Virus record (IMG/VR): IMGVR_UViG_3300006947_000007
Coordinates: 18,406-82,405 of that record
Source: a virus
DNA: 64,000 bases
Strand: one strand, 5' to 3'
Shown here: piece after piece, positions 40,180 to 50,186 of the stretch
How positions within the stretch are numbered: the first letter of the stretch is position 1
Layout: each line of letters begins with the position of its first letter
Notes under the pieces: model-generated
Seen by the model: the letters and a program-made list of their open reading frames with translations, nothing else
The model's database searches: none
Told to the model about the DNA's origin: nothing
Made by a program: the position numbers and the translations under genes

Positions 40180-40380
40180 TCATTCTTTGCCCCATTCTAT
40201 TTTATCCCATACTCGTTCATGAATATAATACAAAATAGCCATACCAAATAAAGAAACAACAAACCAACCAGTCTGTTCCCAATTACCTGTTATAATATAA
40301 CTTACTATTGTTAAAAGAACTATAACAATAATTCTCCATGATATTGTTTTAACAATAGATCTTTTTTTAGTGTCCATCAA
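40180..40380 (-). CDS. DUF2061-like small membrane protein
   Basis: DTKKRSIVKTISWRII...YYIHERVWDKIEWG. Confidence 0.75.
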   Translation of the reverse strand: MMDTKKRSIVKTISWRIIVIVLLTIVSYIITGNWEQTGWFVVSLFGMAILYYIHERVWDKIEWGKE

Positions 40381-41680
40381 ACAGTTCCTTATACTGCGGT
40401 GTAACCATTAATATGTTTTGTTTTCTTTCTTGGTCTAAGTACTTTGTAAACTTAATAAATTCAGGCATTTTATCTGAATAGTCTTCAGCGTCCATATAGT
40501 TTGTTACACTATCTAATATTTTATTAAACTTTTGTTTAACATTGTCATCTATTGTTGTATCTTTATCTAATTTATCTTTATAATAATTGTAATGTTCGTG
40601 GACATCTTGTTTTAATTCTTTATTTAATAATCTAATATTAGCACGTTTAGGACCGTGAGCTACGTGATGTGTTATAACAGGCTTACTGCTACTTGAATTA
40701 ATCTTTTTATATCCTGATTCTTTTAATTTCCACATCATAAATTCAGGTAAATGAAATATATTATATGCTGTAACAGTAAAGGCAATCCAGGCAACAACAT
40801 TCTTAGGTAAATTATCTAACTTTTCTAAGTTTGCTTTTGCCTGTCGCCATTTAACTGGCCAACGTTGGTATTCTATCATCGGCCCCATTCCATCTATACT
40901 AGCACCGACTCTTATTTGTTTAAATTCTTCCCACATTTTTAATACTCTAGGTGGAAGTGATGTCATATTCGTATTATATTCAATCATTATATTTTTAGCA
41001 CACCCCGAATCAATACATCTCTGTAAGAATTCATAATGACGTTCGATCATCATCGGTTCGCCGCCTGCCATATAAACATGTTCAATATAAGGAATATTCT
41101 TTTCCATTTGTTCCCAAAATGTTTCTGAATTATGCCAATCATAGTCAGTTGTTTCTAACCTTCCTTTAGCATTACGTTTAAGTTCCACGGTTCCGTGTGT
41201 ATCTTCGTACGTTGTTCCTCCGTGGTACCCTAGCCATTGTTCGTACCATGTGTGACTATCAGTTGGGCCACACATCCTACAGGCTAGATTACATAAGTTT
41301 CCGAAACGTAAATCGTAATACTGGTTGCGAACTGTGATGCTACCGTCAGGTGCTGTATCACGAACAGCGGACTCGTAATCATATTCCCAATGCTCTAATT
41401 CGTACAACCTTCGGCTTTGTAATCCTGCTTCTTCTTCAGATTTACAGCGACCGCACTCCTCACTCCAACGACCTGCTAACATATTTTTACGAACTATCTT
41501 CATTAGGTCAGCGTTCTTGGCATCATCAAAGTTATCACGGCCAGCATTAAAACTGGTACCGTCTGGGTGTCTTACTACGCCCTGATTCTTAGTCACATTG
41601 GCTTGACAACATATTCTAATGTCTCCATTGTTTCTAACTGCTTGGAAGTTCCAAGGTATCGGGCAAAATGTTTTACTCAT
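40367..41680 (-). CDS. radical SAM protein with N-terminal twitch domain
   Basis: FCPIPW..ICC..CGRC; CNLACRMC; GGEP. Confidence 0.92.
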   Translation of the reverse strand: MSKTFCPIPWNFQAVRNNGDIRICCQANVTKNQGVVRHPDGTSFNAGRDNFDDAKNADLMKIVRKNMLAGRWSEECGRCKSEEEAGLQSRRLYELEHWEYDYESAVRDTAPDGSITVRNQYYDLRFGNLCNLACRMCGPTDSHTWYEQWLGYHGGTTYEDTHGTVELKRNAKGRLETTDYDWHNSETFWEQMEKNIPYIEHVYMAGGEPMMIERHYEFLQRCIDSGCAKNIMIEYNTNMTSLPPRVLKMWEEFKQIRVGASIDGMGPMIEYQRWPVKWRQAKANLEKLDNLPKNVVAWIAFTVTAYNIFHLPEFMMWKLKESGYKKINSSSSKPVITHHVAHGPKRANIRLLNKELKQDVHEHYNYYKDKLDKDTTIDDNVKQKFNKILDSVTNYMDAEDYSDKMPEFIKFTKYLDQERKQNILMVTPQYKELFDGH

Positions 41681-42359
41681 GTTTAAGATTTCCTAGTTCT
41701 AATATTTCCCAATTTTTCCTATGATATTTTGCTATCAATGTAGTAATATCTCCTATAGTCACCGGGCTTTCTACTTTAAATGTATCCTCAGTACGCTCTA
41801 CTATCTCAGTTATCAAACGAGGATCCAATTCATGAAATAAACTAGTGTAGTCATAAGTGTAATCAGCTTTATAGTGATTCATGTTCTCAGTTTCCCAAGA
41901 ATGAATGAGAGTTTGTTCAGCTTCGTGTACACTTCTATTAAATTCGTCTTTCTTTTTATAGTTTGCTAGATTATTTAATTCTATTCTTTGATCAACATTA
42001 TCTAAAATACATACAACACCGTAATGCGGTATGCCTGGAAGACTAGCGTCTAATATGAATGTTCCTTTGTAAGACACATTTAATCTATCTATGATTTCTT
42101 TCCGAGCTCGATGTTTCTCATACCTATTTCCTAAGTATTTACGCCAAATGCTTTGGCACTCAAGTAATTCTTTATTCCAGTCAGTTCTATCATACCAATT
42201 AGGATTAAAATGGAATGGCAAGTATATACCGTCAAACAAATTATTAGTATCTATTTGTTTTTCGATGTTTTTTACAGTTTCTTTCCCTTTAATTACTGTT
42301 TGTAATGCTCCGAGAAAGTTCTTCCCCGCACCGTGTTGTATTATGCTAAATTCTCTCAT
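41673..42359 (-). CDS. sulfotransferase-like P-loop protein (GAGxxFL family)
   Basis: HGAGKNFLGALQ; YDYTSLF; YHRKN. Confidence 0.4.
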   Translation of the reverse strand: MREFSIIQHGAGKNFLGALQTVIKGKETVKNIEKQIDTNNLFDGIYLPFHFNPNWYDRTDWNKELLECQSIWRKYLGNRYEKHRARKEIIDRLNVSYKGTFILDASLPGIPHYGVVCILDNVDQRIELNNLANYKKKDEFNRSVHEAEQTLIHSWETENMNHYKADYTYDYTSLFHELDPRLITEIVERTEDTFKVESPVTIGDITTLIAKYHRKNWEILELGNLKHE

Positions 42360-42398
42360 TTTATTATACTTCTATATCTATTATTGTTCCTTGAAGGG

Positions 42399-43259
42399 TC
42401 ATCTATAACTCTCCAAATTTATATCTGTTATCATACAGTTTTGATCTATTGTCATTAAGTCCGATAAACCATCAATTTCATATTTCTTATGTATTTTTGT
42501 TGCTAGTTCATATAGTTGGTCATAATTAGAAACAATATCTTTTTTATCAGGTGCTTTTGAGTTGTTATCTTTTAATTGATCATAATGTTGTCCGGTATGG
42601 ACTATTACTTCGTCAACCTCTGGTAATTCCTCAGTTAAAGTATCGCATATAGATAAAGAGCCAAATATTTCTTTCGGTGTCCGTCCTACTATGTCATCCT
42701 CATAAAACAGCAAATCTTGAGCCTTTATATTGTGTGGGTTATTTGCTAAAGTCATATAATTACCTTCTATAACACTCTTACATACTAATTCAAAAAACTC
42801 TGGATCTATATGTATTTTGCTAGTATCATTATACGGCGGCAGCCATTCTAGTTTATGTCTAGCAATTGTGGCGCTCAGTACAGTACTCCATATATCACGT
42901 CTAGTTAAAACAATATTATGTTGAGCTAAATTCATCGTTACTTTTTTCAAATCATCCATATCTTTGAAGATTTCGTCTTCCATTTCACCCGGGTGTGTTT
43001 TCCAGACAGCGGCATTAGTTTTGCCATTTACAAGTGCTTCCATTTTATTGCAGACTGCCTGCCTAATTTGTTCTGGTGTGTCTAAACCCATCAACTCATC
43101 ATTATTAAAAGAAAATGGTGACCCAGTCCACATGGGGTTATCAGCACATTTAGGACAAGCGTCCATATATAACATAATTATATCATGTAAGTAATTGCTA
43201 CCCGATCTAGGTGTAGCATAAATTTGAACCTTTTTTGGTTTTGTTTGTGCCCATTTCAT
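42399..43259 (-). CDS. sulfotransferase family protein (Stf0-like)
   Basis: TPRSGSNYL (5'-PSB), KTH, LTRRD...S (3'-PB), FYEDD. Confidence 0.7.
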   Translation of the reverse strand: MKWAQTKPKKVQIYATPRSGSNYLHDIIMLYMDACPKCADNPMWTGSPFSFNNDELMGLDTPEQIRQAVCNKMEALVNGKTNAAVWKTHPGEMEDEIFKDMDDLKKVTMNLAQHNIVLTRRDIWSTVLSATIARHKLEWLPPYNDTSKIHIDPEFFELVCKSVIEGNYMTLANNPHNIKAQDLLFYEDDIVGRTPKEIFGSLSICDTLTEELPEVDEVIVHTGQHYDQLKDNNSKAPDKKDIVSNYDQLYELATKIHKKYEIDGLSDLMTIDQNCMITDINLESYR

Positions 43260-43987
43260 GTTAGTATTTCCGTTAATTTAGGTATTATAGCCTCGGCAAA
43301 CTTTTTATGACTCTTTGCTCCGGGGTGTTTATCTTTGTAATCATCATTAGCATACGTTGGACTATTTCGTTGTATACCTACGCCAGGTATAAAGAACTGC
43401 TTATGGCATAGGTGTTGAGCATAATTAAATGCAGAAACATCGTAATGATCTTTACATAGTAGTTCATCGCTTTCAACATAAGCATAAGGAATCTTTAAAT
43501 TACCTAGATATTGTTCTGCGATACCTACTTCTTTATATAAATTAATTAATTGTTGTGCTTTATTAATATATAATTTATTGTGGGCGTTAATTAATGATTT
43601 ATCTATTCCATTAGTAGTACTTGCCCATGTACTGTTAGAGAAGTTAGGTTGTTTATCTTCACTCCAGTTTAAATGTATAACACCGTCGTCAGCAATATAA
43701 CTTACGTTTTCTTTATTACTAACCACGTCAGTAAAATATTCATTTCTATTAGCATTTGGCCATTGTATAAACACAAAGTCAGGATAGCCGTGTACGGGGT
43801 TATCTAAGTATTGTAATAATATTCTATTAACCGTGCTAGGACTTGCTCCTGGTATTGCTAAATTAATTAATTTATTAAATCCTAATTGTTCTTTTAATTG
43901 TATAGTATAACTATTATATCTTATGCCATACTGTATGTGATGACCTAAATGACTATAGCTACAGCCTAGTACTAATAAATTACTCAT
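43256..43987 (-). CDS. SGNH-hydrolase-like protein
   Basis: LGCSYS, NLAIPGAS, DKHPG..SH. Confidence 0.6.
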   Translation of the reverse strand: MSNLLVLGCSYSHLGHHIQYGIRYNSYTIQLKEQLGFNKLINLAIPGASPSTVNRILLQYLDNPVHGYPDFVFIQWPNANRNEYFTDVVSNKENVSYIADDGVIHLNWSEDKQPNFSNSTWASTTNGIDKSLINAHNKLYINKAQQLINLYKEVGIAEQYLGNLKIPYAYVESDELLCKDHYDVSAFNYAQHLCHKQFFIPGVGIQRNSPTYANDDYKDKHPGAKSHKKFAEAIIPKLTEILT

Positions 43988-45245
43988 TTAAAAATTCCTT
44001 TAATTTAGGAAATACCGTTTCCCAATTCTCTTGTCTTACTACATCTACTACTCGCTCGTGTTTATTAAAGTTCGCTAGTGCTGACGTTGTGATTAAAGAA
44101 TCCATTATATGAGCAAGGTCTAACGTTTGTAAACTATTCTTTAATTCTGTTAAAGAATGCCATACTTGATTTTGCCACTTGCTACTTACTCCTTCATCAG
44201 CAAAATTAAATGAGTTAAAATCCTCATCAATCAATTCTAATAACCTAGTCTTCTGCTTATTATTTAAGCAATATACACTTAGGTGTGACGGTTCGCTTAA
44301 TCGTGCTGTATTAAGAAAGAATGACTCTTTATCATTTAATATGCTTTTATCTATATACATAGTACACCAATCTATAAACTCTCTATAGTATAACACATTA
44401 TAGAGGCTTTGTGTGTGCGATACGCCAATATATATGTTTTTATTTTCGTTATGTAGTTTACAGTACCAAGCAACAGCTTCTTCTACCTTACTCCAATTAC
44501 TCTTCTTACGCATAAACTCGCCACGTTTGCCTATGCCATCTAAGGACATATTAAGGAATACTGTATTAAACTTATTAAAGTTTTTAATATATTTGTTTTT
44601 AGGAATGAATGTAGCATTAGTAAAGATGTCTAATGTAATGTTCTTAGCAAAACCCCAATCAACTAAGCGTTGTAGGAACTCTGCTAGGTATTCACTAAGG
44701 AATGGTTCACCACCTGTTACTTTAACTTCATTTAAGTATTTACAGTCGTCCTTAGATAAGTTAAGCATTGTGTCTATTGTCTTAGGTATTGCCTTATCCT
44801 GTTCCCAGGCTTCATTGTTACCATAAAACCATTTAACCAAATGATCCGATGCTTCTAAGTCTTCATCCCAACTTGTACTTAATACTGGGTCACATATACG
44901 ACATTTAAGGTTACAGTAGCGTCCTGTTGTTATTTCTAAGTAAGTCAACACTCCTTTTATCTCTGGAGAGTTCGGCTTAACACTACGATTAAACTTATCA
45001 TATGGTAATAGACTGCTTGTTCGCATACTAGTATTACTAGAGTCTTCTTCTACTTTACAGCGTAAACAACCATTATCCCATATACCATTAGCCATGTTAT
45101 CTCTAGGCGTACTATATAACTCTTTGAATTCAATAGGATTATCTACGTATTCACTATTGCCTGTGTAACGACAACAAGGCTTAACACTACCGTTAGGTTC
45201 TATCATCATTCCATGCTCTAAATACTTACATACTATCGCGGTCAT
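43980..45245 (-). CDS. radical SAM protein with N-terminal twitch domain
   Basis: VKPCC..CLRC; CNLKCRIC; GGEP. Confidence 0.9.
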   Translation of the reverse strand: MTAIVCKYLEHGMMIEPNGSVKPCCRYTGNSEYVDNPIEFKELYSTPRDNMANGIWDNGCLRCKVEEDSSNTSMRTSSLLPYDKFNRSVKPNSPEIKGVLTYLEITTGRYCNLKCRICDPVLSTSWDEDLEASDHLVKWFYGNNEAWEQDKAIPKTIDTMLNLSKDDCKYLNEVKVTGGEPFLSEYLAEFLQRLVDWGFAKNITLDIFTNATFIPKNKYIKNFNKFNTVFLNMSLDGIGKRGEFMRKKSNWSKVEEAVAWYCKLHNENKNIYIGVSHTQSLYNVLYYREFIDWCTMYIDKSILNDKESFFLNTARLSEPSHLSVYCLNNKQKTRLLELIDEDFNSFNFADEGVSSKWQNQVWHSLTELKNSLQTLDLAHIMDSLITTSALANFNKHERVVDVVRQENWETVFPKLKEFLNE

Positions 45246-46033
45246 GCTATTAATTCCTTATTAACTTGTGTATATGTCTTAATCATTTCGCATATAGTCT
45301 CTAGTTTATCGTTATTAAATTCTTTAATATCTATTGTACTTGTTAAAAACTTCTTTATTTCATCTTTATCTATATCAATAAAGATCTTTTTATAGTCAAT
45401 ATTAGTTAAAGGACTTGCTAATTGTATATTTTTATAAACATCTTCTGCTTTATCTTTTATTTTATTCTTGTTTCTTTCCATCCATAATGGAGATTTAGCA
45501 CTTTTTAATTGAGAAGCATACTTAATTGTATCTAAATCGCCTGTAACTGCTAGTGTATGCTCTACATATTTGAACATTAATCGCAAGTCTATAGCGAAAT
45601 CGTGTGGAAATATGTGGCAAGGCATAAAAAAGTTATAGGCACTTTCAACGCCAAATTGTTGTATTCTTTCGGAAACAGCACTATTAATTCTATTAGAAAG
45701 TCTATTAATATCATTGTTTATTATATCCTGCTTATCCTTACCTTTAATAAACAGTTCCTCGAAACCAGGTTCCCAATCAGGAATAAGAGGCATATCCTTA
45801 TATTCATAGCCTGCTCCAATTGAATCCCAATGATTGTTATGAGGGAAGTCTTTTATATCTATAGGTTCAACAATAGCATTATCCTTGTCATGACCTACGT
45901 AAAGTTGTTGTAAATAACCCAAGAAAGCACCACCTGCACCAGCAGGAATAGTCATTATGTATAGTGTAACATTATTTCGTATAAAGTCTTTATCTAACAT
46001 AGTCATATTTAAGCAATTCGGGAGGTGCGGCAC
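45242..46033 (-). CDS. sulfotransferase-like P-loop protein (GAGxxFL family)
   Basis: PAGAGGAFLGYLQ; ICEMIKTYT shared with 33991..34677. Confidence 0.45.
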   Translation of the reverse strand: MPHLPNCLNMTMLDKDFIRNNVTLYIMTIPAGAGGAFLGYLQQLYVGHDKDNAIVEPIDIKDFPHNNHWDSIGAGYEYKDMPLIPDWEPGFEELFIKGKDKQDIINNDINRLSNRINSAVSERIQQFGVESAYNFFMPCHIFPHDFAIDLRLMFKYVEHTLAVTGDLDTIKYASQLKSAKSPLWMERNKNKIKDKAEDVYKNIQLASPLTNIDYKKIFIDIDKDEIKKFLTSTIDIKEFNNDKLETICEMIKTYTQVNKELIA

Positions 46034-46145
46034 ATAAAAACGGAGTTAAAAATTTTTTTAGCTGGTAGCAATATAGTATGTTTATTCCGTATAGAGGGGA
46101 GCGGCACATATTAGGGCGAAGCCTAATTTTTTTGCCCTTTTAAAG

Positions 46146-46226
46146 TTAACTTAACAAGTCAAAGGATATAACATAAACAACTATAACAGCAACAGTAATC
46201 ATAACTGCCTTAACTATATTATTCAT
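46146..46226 (-). CDS. 26-aa single-TM peptide (MNNIVKAVMITVAVIVVYVISFDLLS)
   Basis: AGGGAG RBS; hydrophobic. Confidence 0.35.
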   Translation of the reverse strand: MNNIVKAVMITVAVIVVYVISFDLLS

Positions 46227-46294
46227 AAGAACTCCCTAATAATGTCCATATTAACGTATAAAGATCTGCTCTAGGACTGTAAACTATGCTAAGA

Positions 46295-46522
46295 TTATTC
46301 CTCATAGATATCTTTACTATAAGCAGTAAACTCCATACCATAAGCTGATCCAACATAAACTTTACCGTAGCCAGCATTATATTTTAACTGTATTCGCTGT
46401 GAAGCCATAAAAATACTCATGTACTCCTTGGGCTTGAATCTATCTACAACAGCATCAACGGTATTGCCATTATCAGTACAAGTGACTTTAACCTTTTGTA
46501 TCCTACTGCTAATCTGACTCAT
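46295..46522 (-). CDS. hypothetical protein
   Basis: AAGGAG RBS; TTGACA promoter at ~46552-46579. Confidence 0.65.
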   Translation of the reverse strand: MSQISSRIQKVKVTCTDNGNTVDAVVDRFKPKEYMSIFMASQRIQLKYNAGYGKVYVGSAYGMEFTAYSKDIYEE

Positions 46523-46825
46523 ATAACTCCTTTTATTATTAACTTACTATACTATAACATAAACACGTTTGAATGTCAAGTGTTTAATGTAAGCACTATG
46601 TTCAGTATGAGTGTAAGCATTACAGACAGATTTTTAATAATAGCAACAAAAAATAGCGTTAACTCCTTACTAATACTAAATGCTAACCTTATTATACGTA
46701 GTAAGAACTTTACATAGTCTAAAGACTAACTACTCGTTAACACTCGTAGTTGTTTTATTAAGTTAATTATAATGCTGAATTAAATTAGAAAGAATCTATT
46801 TAACAAGTACGTTAAACAGTGATTA

Positions 46826-48028
46826 CTATATACGAGGATTAACCCGTTCGAAATAAGTTTGACGTTGGTTGTCTAATAGAGCCGTATATGCCCTAAACTT
46901 TGGTACTAACTCTGGTTGATATGGTATTGAGTCTGACCATTTTATCAGCTCTTCACATCGCCTTGGAAAACTTTTTTTGACTACACTAATCATACGCTCA
47001 CGTTCACTATAGGGGACCACTGCAAGCCCTAAAAAGCCCTGATCAACTGGTTGTATGACTAATTCACAATGGCCTTGAATAGATCCATCCTTATTAAACT
47101 CGCTTTTCCACTTGTCGCAGTACTTTATAACGTCTAATACAGCCGACCAGTTCCAGGCTTGTAACACGAAGTGAAACGATACGATAGAACTCAGCCTGCC
47201 CCATTGTGTCCGTAGTAAGTGTTCTACAGCATTATCAAACCTATCCCACTTAGCAGGTGTTCTAATGTATTCATATTCCGAGCCGGTACCATCTATGCTA
47301 AGAGTCCATGACACTTGCGCAAACTTCTTCAAGTATGGTTGTATGTTATTAAATTGTACAGGTGTAGAAGCATTGGTTGTTATATCAACCTTACTGTGTT
47401 CATTGTATTCCATCTTGTCTAGTATACTGTACACTTCTTTTTGTATTGTAGGTTCTCCCCCTAGTAGCTTTAAGTTGACTACCTTGTTTAACTCTGGTAG
47501 TTCGTAATGCTTCCTCTGTGAAAATTTCGCTAACTCGTCGTTATCAAAGTTGTTCTCTAGTGTTATATTTGCAATGCCATTTGGTTCTTGTAACTTGAGC
47601 CATTCCCTCGCGATTTCTGTGCTGTTATCGGGGTAACACATGCGACACTTTAAGTTACATAGGTTACTAGGGCGTATATCTGCCCAACGAGGATCTGGCA
47701 TTGTTAATTCTAATGGTTCGTCAGGATCTATAGTATCACTATGTACAGCAGATTCATACCAGGCATCGAACATATGACGATCAGACTCTAGTCCTATGTC
47801 CTCTCTTTCTTTACATTGGTGACATGTTGAGTGCCATTCACCTTCTAGCATAGACTTTCTTATGTCCTGTGCTAGAGGATTATTGAATACATCATCCATT
47901 TCATTGCTAGTTAGCTCGTGCCGGCCGGTATTCATACAGCATACACGTGACTCTTTAGACGAGGCCCGGAGGTAAACGTTGTAGAATGGAGCATAGCATA
48001 GAGGTTTGGAGGGCTTTTCGGTTGACAT
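46826..48028 (-). CDS. radical SAM protein with N-terminal twitch domain
   Basis: LCYAPF..VCC..CHQC; CNLKCRMC; GGEP. Confidence 0.92.
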   Translation of the reverse strand: MSTEKPSKPLCYAPFYNVYLRASSKESRVCCMNTGRHELTSNEMDDVFNNPLAQDIRKSMLEGEWHSTCHQCKEREDIGLESDRHMFDAWYESAVHSDTIDPDEPLELTMPDPRWADIRPSNLCNLKCRMCYPDNSTEIAREWLKLQEPNGIANITLENNFDNDELAKFSQRKHYELPELNKVVNLKLLGGEPTIQKEVYSILDKMEYNEHSKVDITTNASTPVQFNNIQPYLKKFAQVSWTLSIDGTGSEYEYIRTPAKWDRFDNAVEHLLRTQWGRLSSIVSFHFVLQAWNWSAVLDVIKYCDKWKSEFNKDGSIQGHCELVIQPVDQGFLGLAVVPYSERERMISVVKKSFPRRCEELIKWSDSIPYQPELVPKFRAYTALLDNQRQTYFERVNPRI

Positions 48029-48050
48029 ATTGACCTTTTTGTGTTATAAT
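48022..48050 (+). promoter_or_regulatory. sigma70-type promoter
   Basis: Perfect TTGACA-N17-TATAAT. Confidence 0.65.
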
Positions 48051-48127
48051 AACTGTATACTATATTTATAGACTGTGGAATCCTTGCTGTCAGAAGGTGG
48101 CCACAAGCAAATAAGATGCTTTTTTGG

Positions 48128-48156
48128 TTGACATTGGCCACAAAGTGTGCTATAAT
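48128..48156 (+). promoter_or_regulatory. sigma70-type early promoter
   Basis: Perfect TTGACA-N17-TATAAT; 26-bp segment identical to promoter at 33.2 kb. Confidence 0.8.
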
Positions 48157-48190
48157 AGTATTAATATTAACTAAAAGTCGAGGAGGCTAT

Positions 48191-48448
48191 ATGAATATTA
48201 AAGAAGGAAAGTATACACACAAGGTAACTCTGTCACATTATAGAGGCCATACTGTAACAAGGTACACAAACGACCCTGAAACTAGGGGCGAAGTACTGTT
48301 AGATCACGGGTACAAACCTCTAGAGGGCCAAACAGAACTGTTATTTGAACAGATTAATCCTGTTATGGACCAAGTAGAGTTGGAACCTATGATAGATACA
48401 ACCAATTCAGAGGTAGTATCTAGCATGGATCTTGGCGAAACTGCTTAA
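48191..48448 (+). CDS. hypothetical early protein
   Basis: GAGGAGG RBS. Confidence 0.6.
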   Translation: MNIKEGKYTHKVTLSHYRGHTVTRYTNDPETRGEVLLDHGYKPLEGQTELLFEQINPVMDQVELEPMIDTTNSEVVSSMDLGETA

Positions 48449-48542
48449 CTCATAGAGTTATCTGGCGGGGCTTATGCCCCTAGTTTGCTAAGGATGTAGT
48501 CGATATTGTAAAAGTCGACTACATCGTGCTGAATATATGGCC

Positions 48543-48572
48543 GAAATACCCTTACTATTTGTGTGGGTATTG
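48543..48572. repeat. 30-bp dyad-symmetric element, copy 1
   Basis: AATACCC-N13-GGGTATT; 28/30 identical to 50124..50153. Confidence 0.8.
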
Positions 48573-48596
48573 GAAAATAAATGAATAACCTAGCGT

Positions 48597-48664
48597 TATC
48601 AATGACTTACATCGGCAAATGAGTTGCTATTTTGGTTGACTTTTGGCCTTTTTGACTGTATAAT
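48597..48664 (+). promoter_or_regulatory. early promoter with upstream IHF-consensus site
   Basis: TATCAATGACTTA-N26-TTGACT-N17-TATAAT; near-identical inverted copy at 62156..62223. Confidence 0.8.
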
Positions 48665-48695
48665 ATATATATAACAATTAGGAAATGGATAAAAT

Positions 48696-49109
48696 ATGTA
48701 TAAAGAAAATGGTAAACCGGTTAAAAAGTTCTTCTTAGAATTAAAATATGATACATTTGTTGGTAAACCCAAGCAAGAAGTCATTAAACAGTTCGAAGAT
48801 ACCTACACAAAGGACAGCGTTGTACGTTGGACTAAGTCAGATAACGTAGTTCCAGAAGACTTTTTATACGATTTCAGAGACTTAGGTCTTATACCTACCG
48901 AGTTTATCCAGATATCTTTGGACGCTAAGACTGTTGATATGGAAAAACATGTCGGCGAATACATACAGTCCATGAAAGACTTTAAGAAAAACAACCCTGA
49001 GGGTTGGGCGGAACAACAAGCCGAGATGATGTTTGAAGCATCAGCGGCAATGGGACCAGGCGAAGAGATGGTTAACATCTTTACTGGCGATACTTTTACA
49101 ACAAGATAA
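48696..49109 (+). CDS. hypothetical early protein
   Basis: Downstream of promoter; C-terminal E..AAMGPGEEMVNIFTG. Confidence 0.65.
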   Translation: MYKENGKPVKKFFLELKYDTFVGKPKQEVIKQFEDTYTKDSVVRWTKSDNVVPEDFLYDFRDLGLIPTEFIQISLDAKTVDMEKHVGEYIQSMKDFKKNNPEGWAEQQAEMMFEASAAMGPGEEMVNIFTGDTFTTR

Positions 49110-49117
49110 GGAGTTAT

Positions 49118-49381
49118 ATGTCATTAGATAATAATTTAGTTTACGGTAAACCAGGAATGGTTTGTACACCTTTTTTCACTTCATTCTTAGGTACATACCA
49201 AATAGGATACAGAGAGCCTAAGGCCAAAATTAACACATGTGAGTATGTGTATGTTAAGGCTATGAGCAAGGAACATGCCTTTGAAGTAGCACACAGCTTA
49301 CCAGGTGAACGTACTGTTACAAGCGTTGAGGCACCGGGCGAAGAACTATACGGACTTACTCCAGGAGTACAGTATGTATAA
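49118..49381 (+). CDS. hypothetical protein
   Basis: AAGGAG RBS. Confidence 0.6.
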   Translation: MSLDNNLVYGKPGMVCTPFFTSFLGTYQIGYREPKAKINTCEYVYVKAMSKEHAFEVAHSLPGERTVTSVEAPGEELYGLTPGVQYV

Positions 49382-49940
49382 AGTAAATGATTACGTTAAG
49401 TTTCACAACGGTAAGCGTACTGTTAAAGGCACAGTTACAATAGCTGATACTGACACAAGTGATATGGTTACTATATGGGAAGCCGACGGCCAAGCATATA
49501 AGGTGAACAAGTATAATGTATCAGAAGTTAAGCCTGAACTACATAACACTAAGTTAGTATATGAGTCAGACGATGTATGCCTAGGACGTGAGGAGCGTAC
49601 AGGTAGAACGTATGTATACGAACGTGAAGAAGGACGTGAGAAACACTTTGGTTGGCAGCCTGGACGTTATGTAGAGTTCGATCGCAGTCGTAGTGAATGG
49701 GTATCAATGAACACTGGTACACCTGTATACTTTACTACACCAGAAGAGATCGCTCAGTACTGGAGAGAGAACATGATGCTTAGTCCTATGCCACCTAAGG
49801 GATCACAGGAGTGGATAGACAGTATGATGAATAGCATGTTACCAGAAGGACAGTCACTAAAGCATACAGGCTTATACACTATGAGTGACCTAGACATTGC
49901 TAATACATTACTACGTAATGGTGAACATATCATACGATGA
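49374..49940 (+). CDS. hypothetical protein
   Basis: AGGAG RBS before MYKVN. Confidence 0.6.
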   Translation: MYKVNDYVKFHNGKRTVKGTVTIADTDTSDMVTIWEADGQAYKVNKYNVSEVKPELHNTKLVYESDDVCLGREERTGRTYVYEREEGREKHFGWQPGRYVEFDRSRSEWVSMNTGTPVYFTTPEEIAQYWRENMMLSPMPPKGSQEWIDSMMNSMLPEGQSLKHTGLYTMSDLDIANTLLRNGEHIIR

Positions 49941-50123
49941 ACATACACATTGTTATACTAGCCCTACTACTCACTACTATAGCTACTAGTGAGTATGTTA
50001 ATGACTATAGTAGTATACCATTAGGCCCACACAGGGCCACACCCACACACCTATAACACACTACAGAGCGGCGTAGACCACACCTCAACCGTCGCGACCG
50101 TGTAGCTGAATACTCAACATGTT

Positions 50124-50153
50124 GAAATACCCTTACTGATTGTGTGGGTATTG
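50124..50153. repeat. 30-bp dyad-symmetric element, copy 2
   Basis: AATACCC-N13-GGGTATT. Confidence 0.8.
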
Positions 50154-50158
50154 ACCAA

Positions 50159-50186
50159 TAAAAATAAAAATAAAATAAAAATAAAA
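50159..50186. repeat. (TAAAA[A])x5 A-tract array
   Basis: Read directly. Confidence 0.85.

Noticed and set aside
46110-46133. Intrinsic terminator ATTAGG-GCGAAG-CCTAAT plus T-run on + strand
   Set aside because: Weak stem, and oriented opposite to the surrounding genes
33312-48028. Classical RiPP cluster
   Set aside because: No evident precursor peptide, PqqD/RRE domain or exporter near the radical SAM genes
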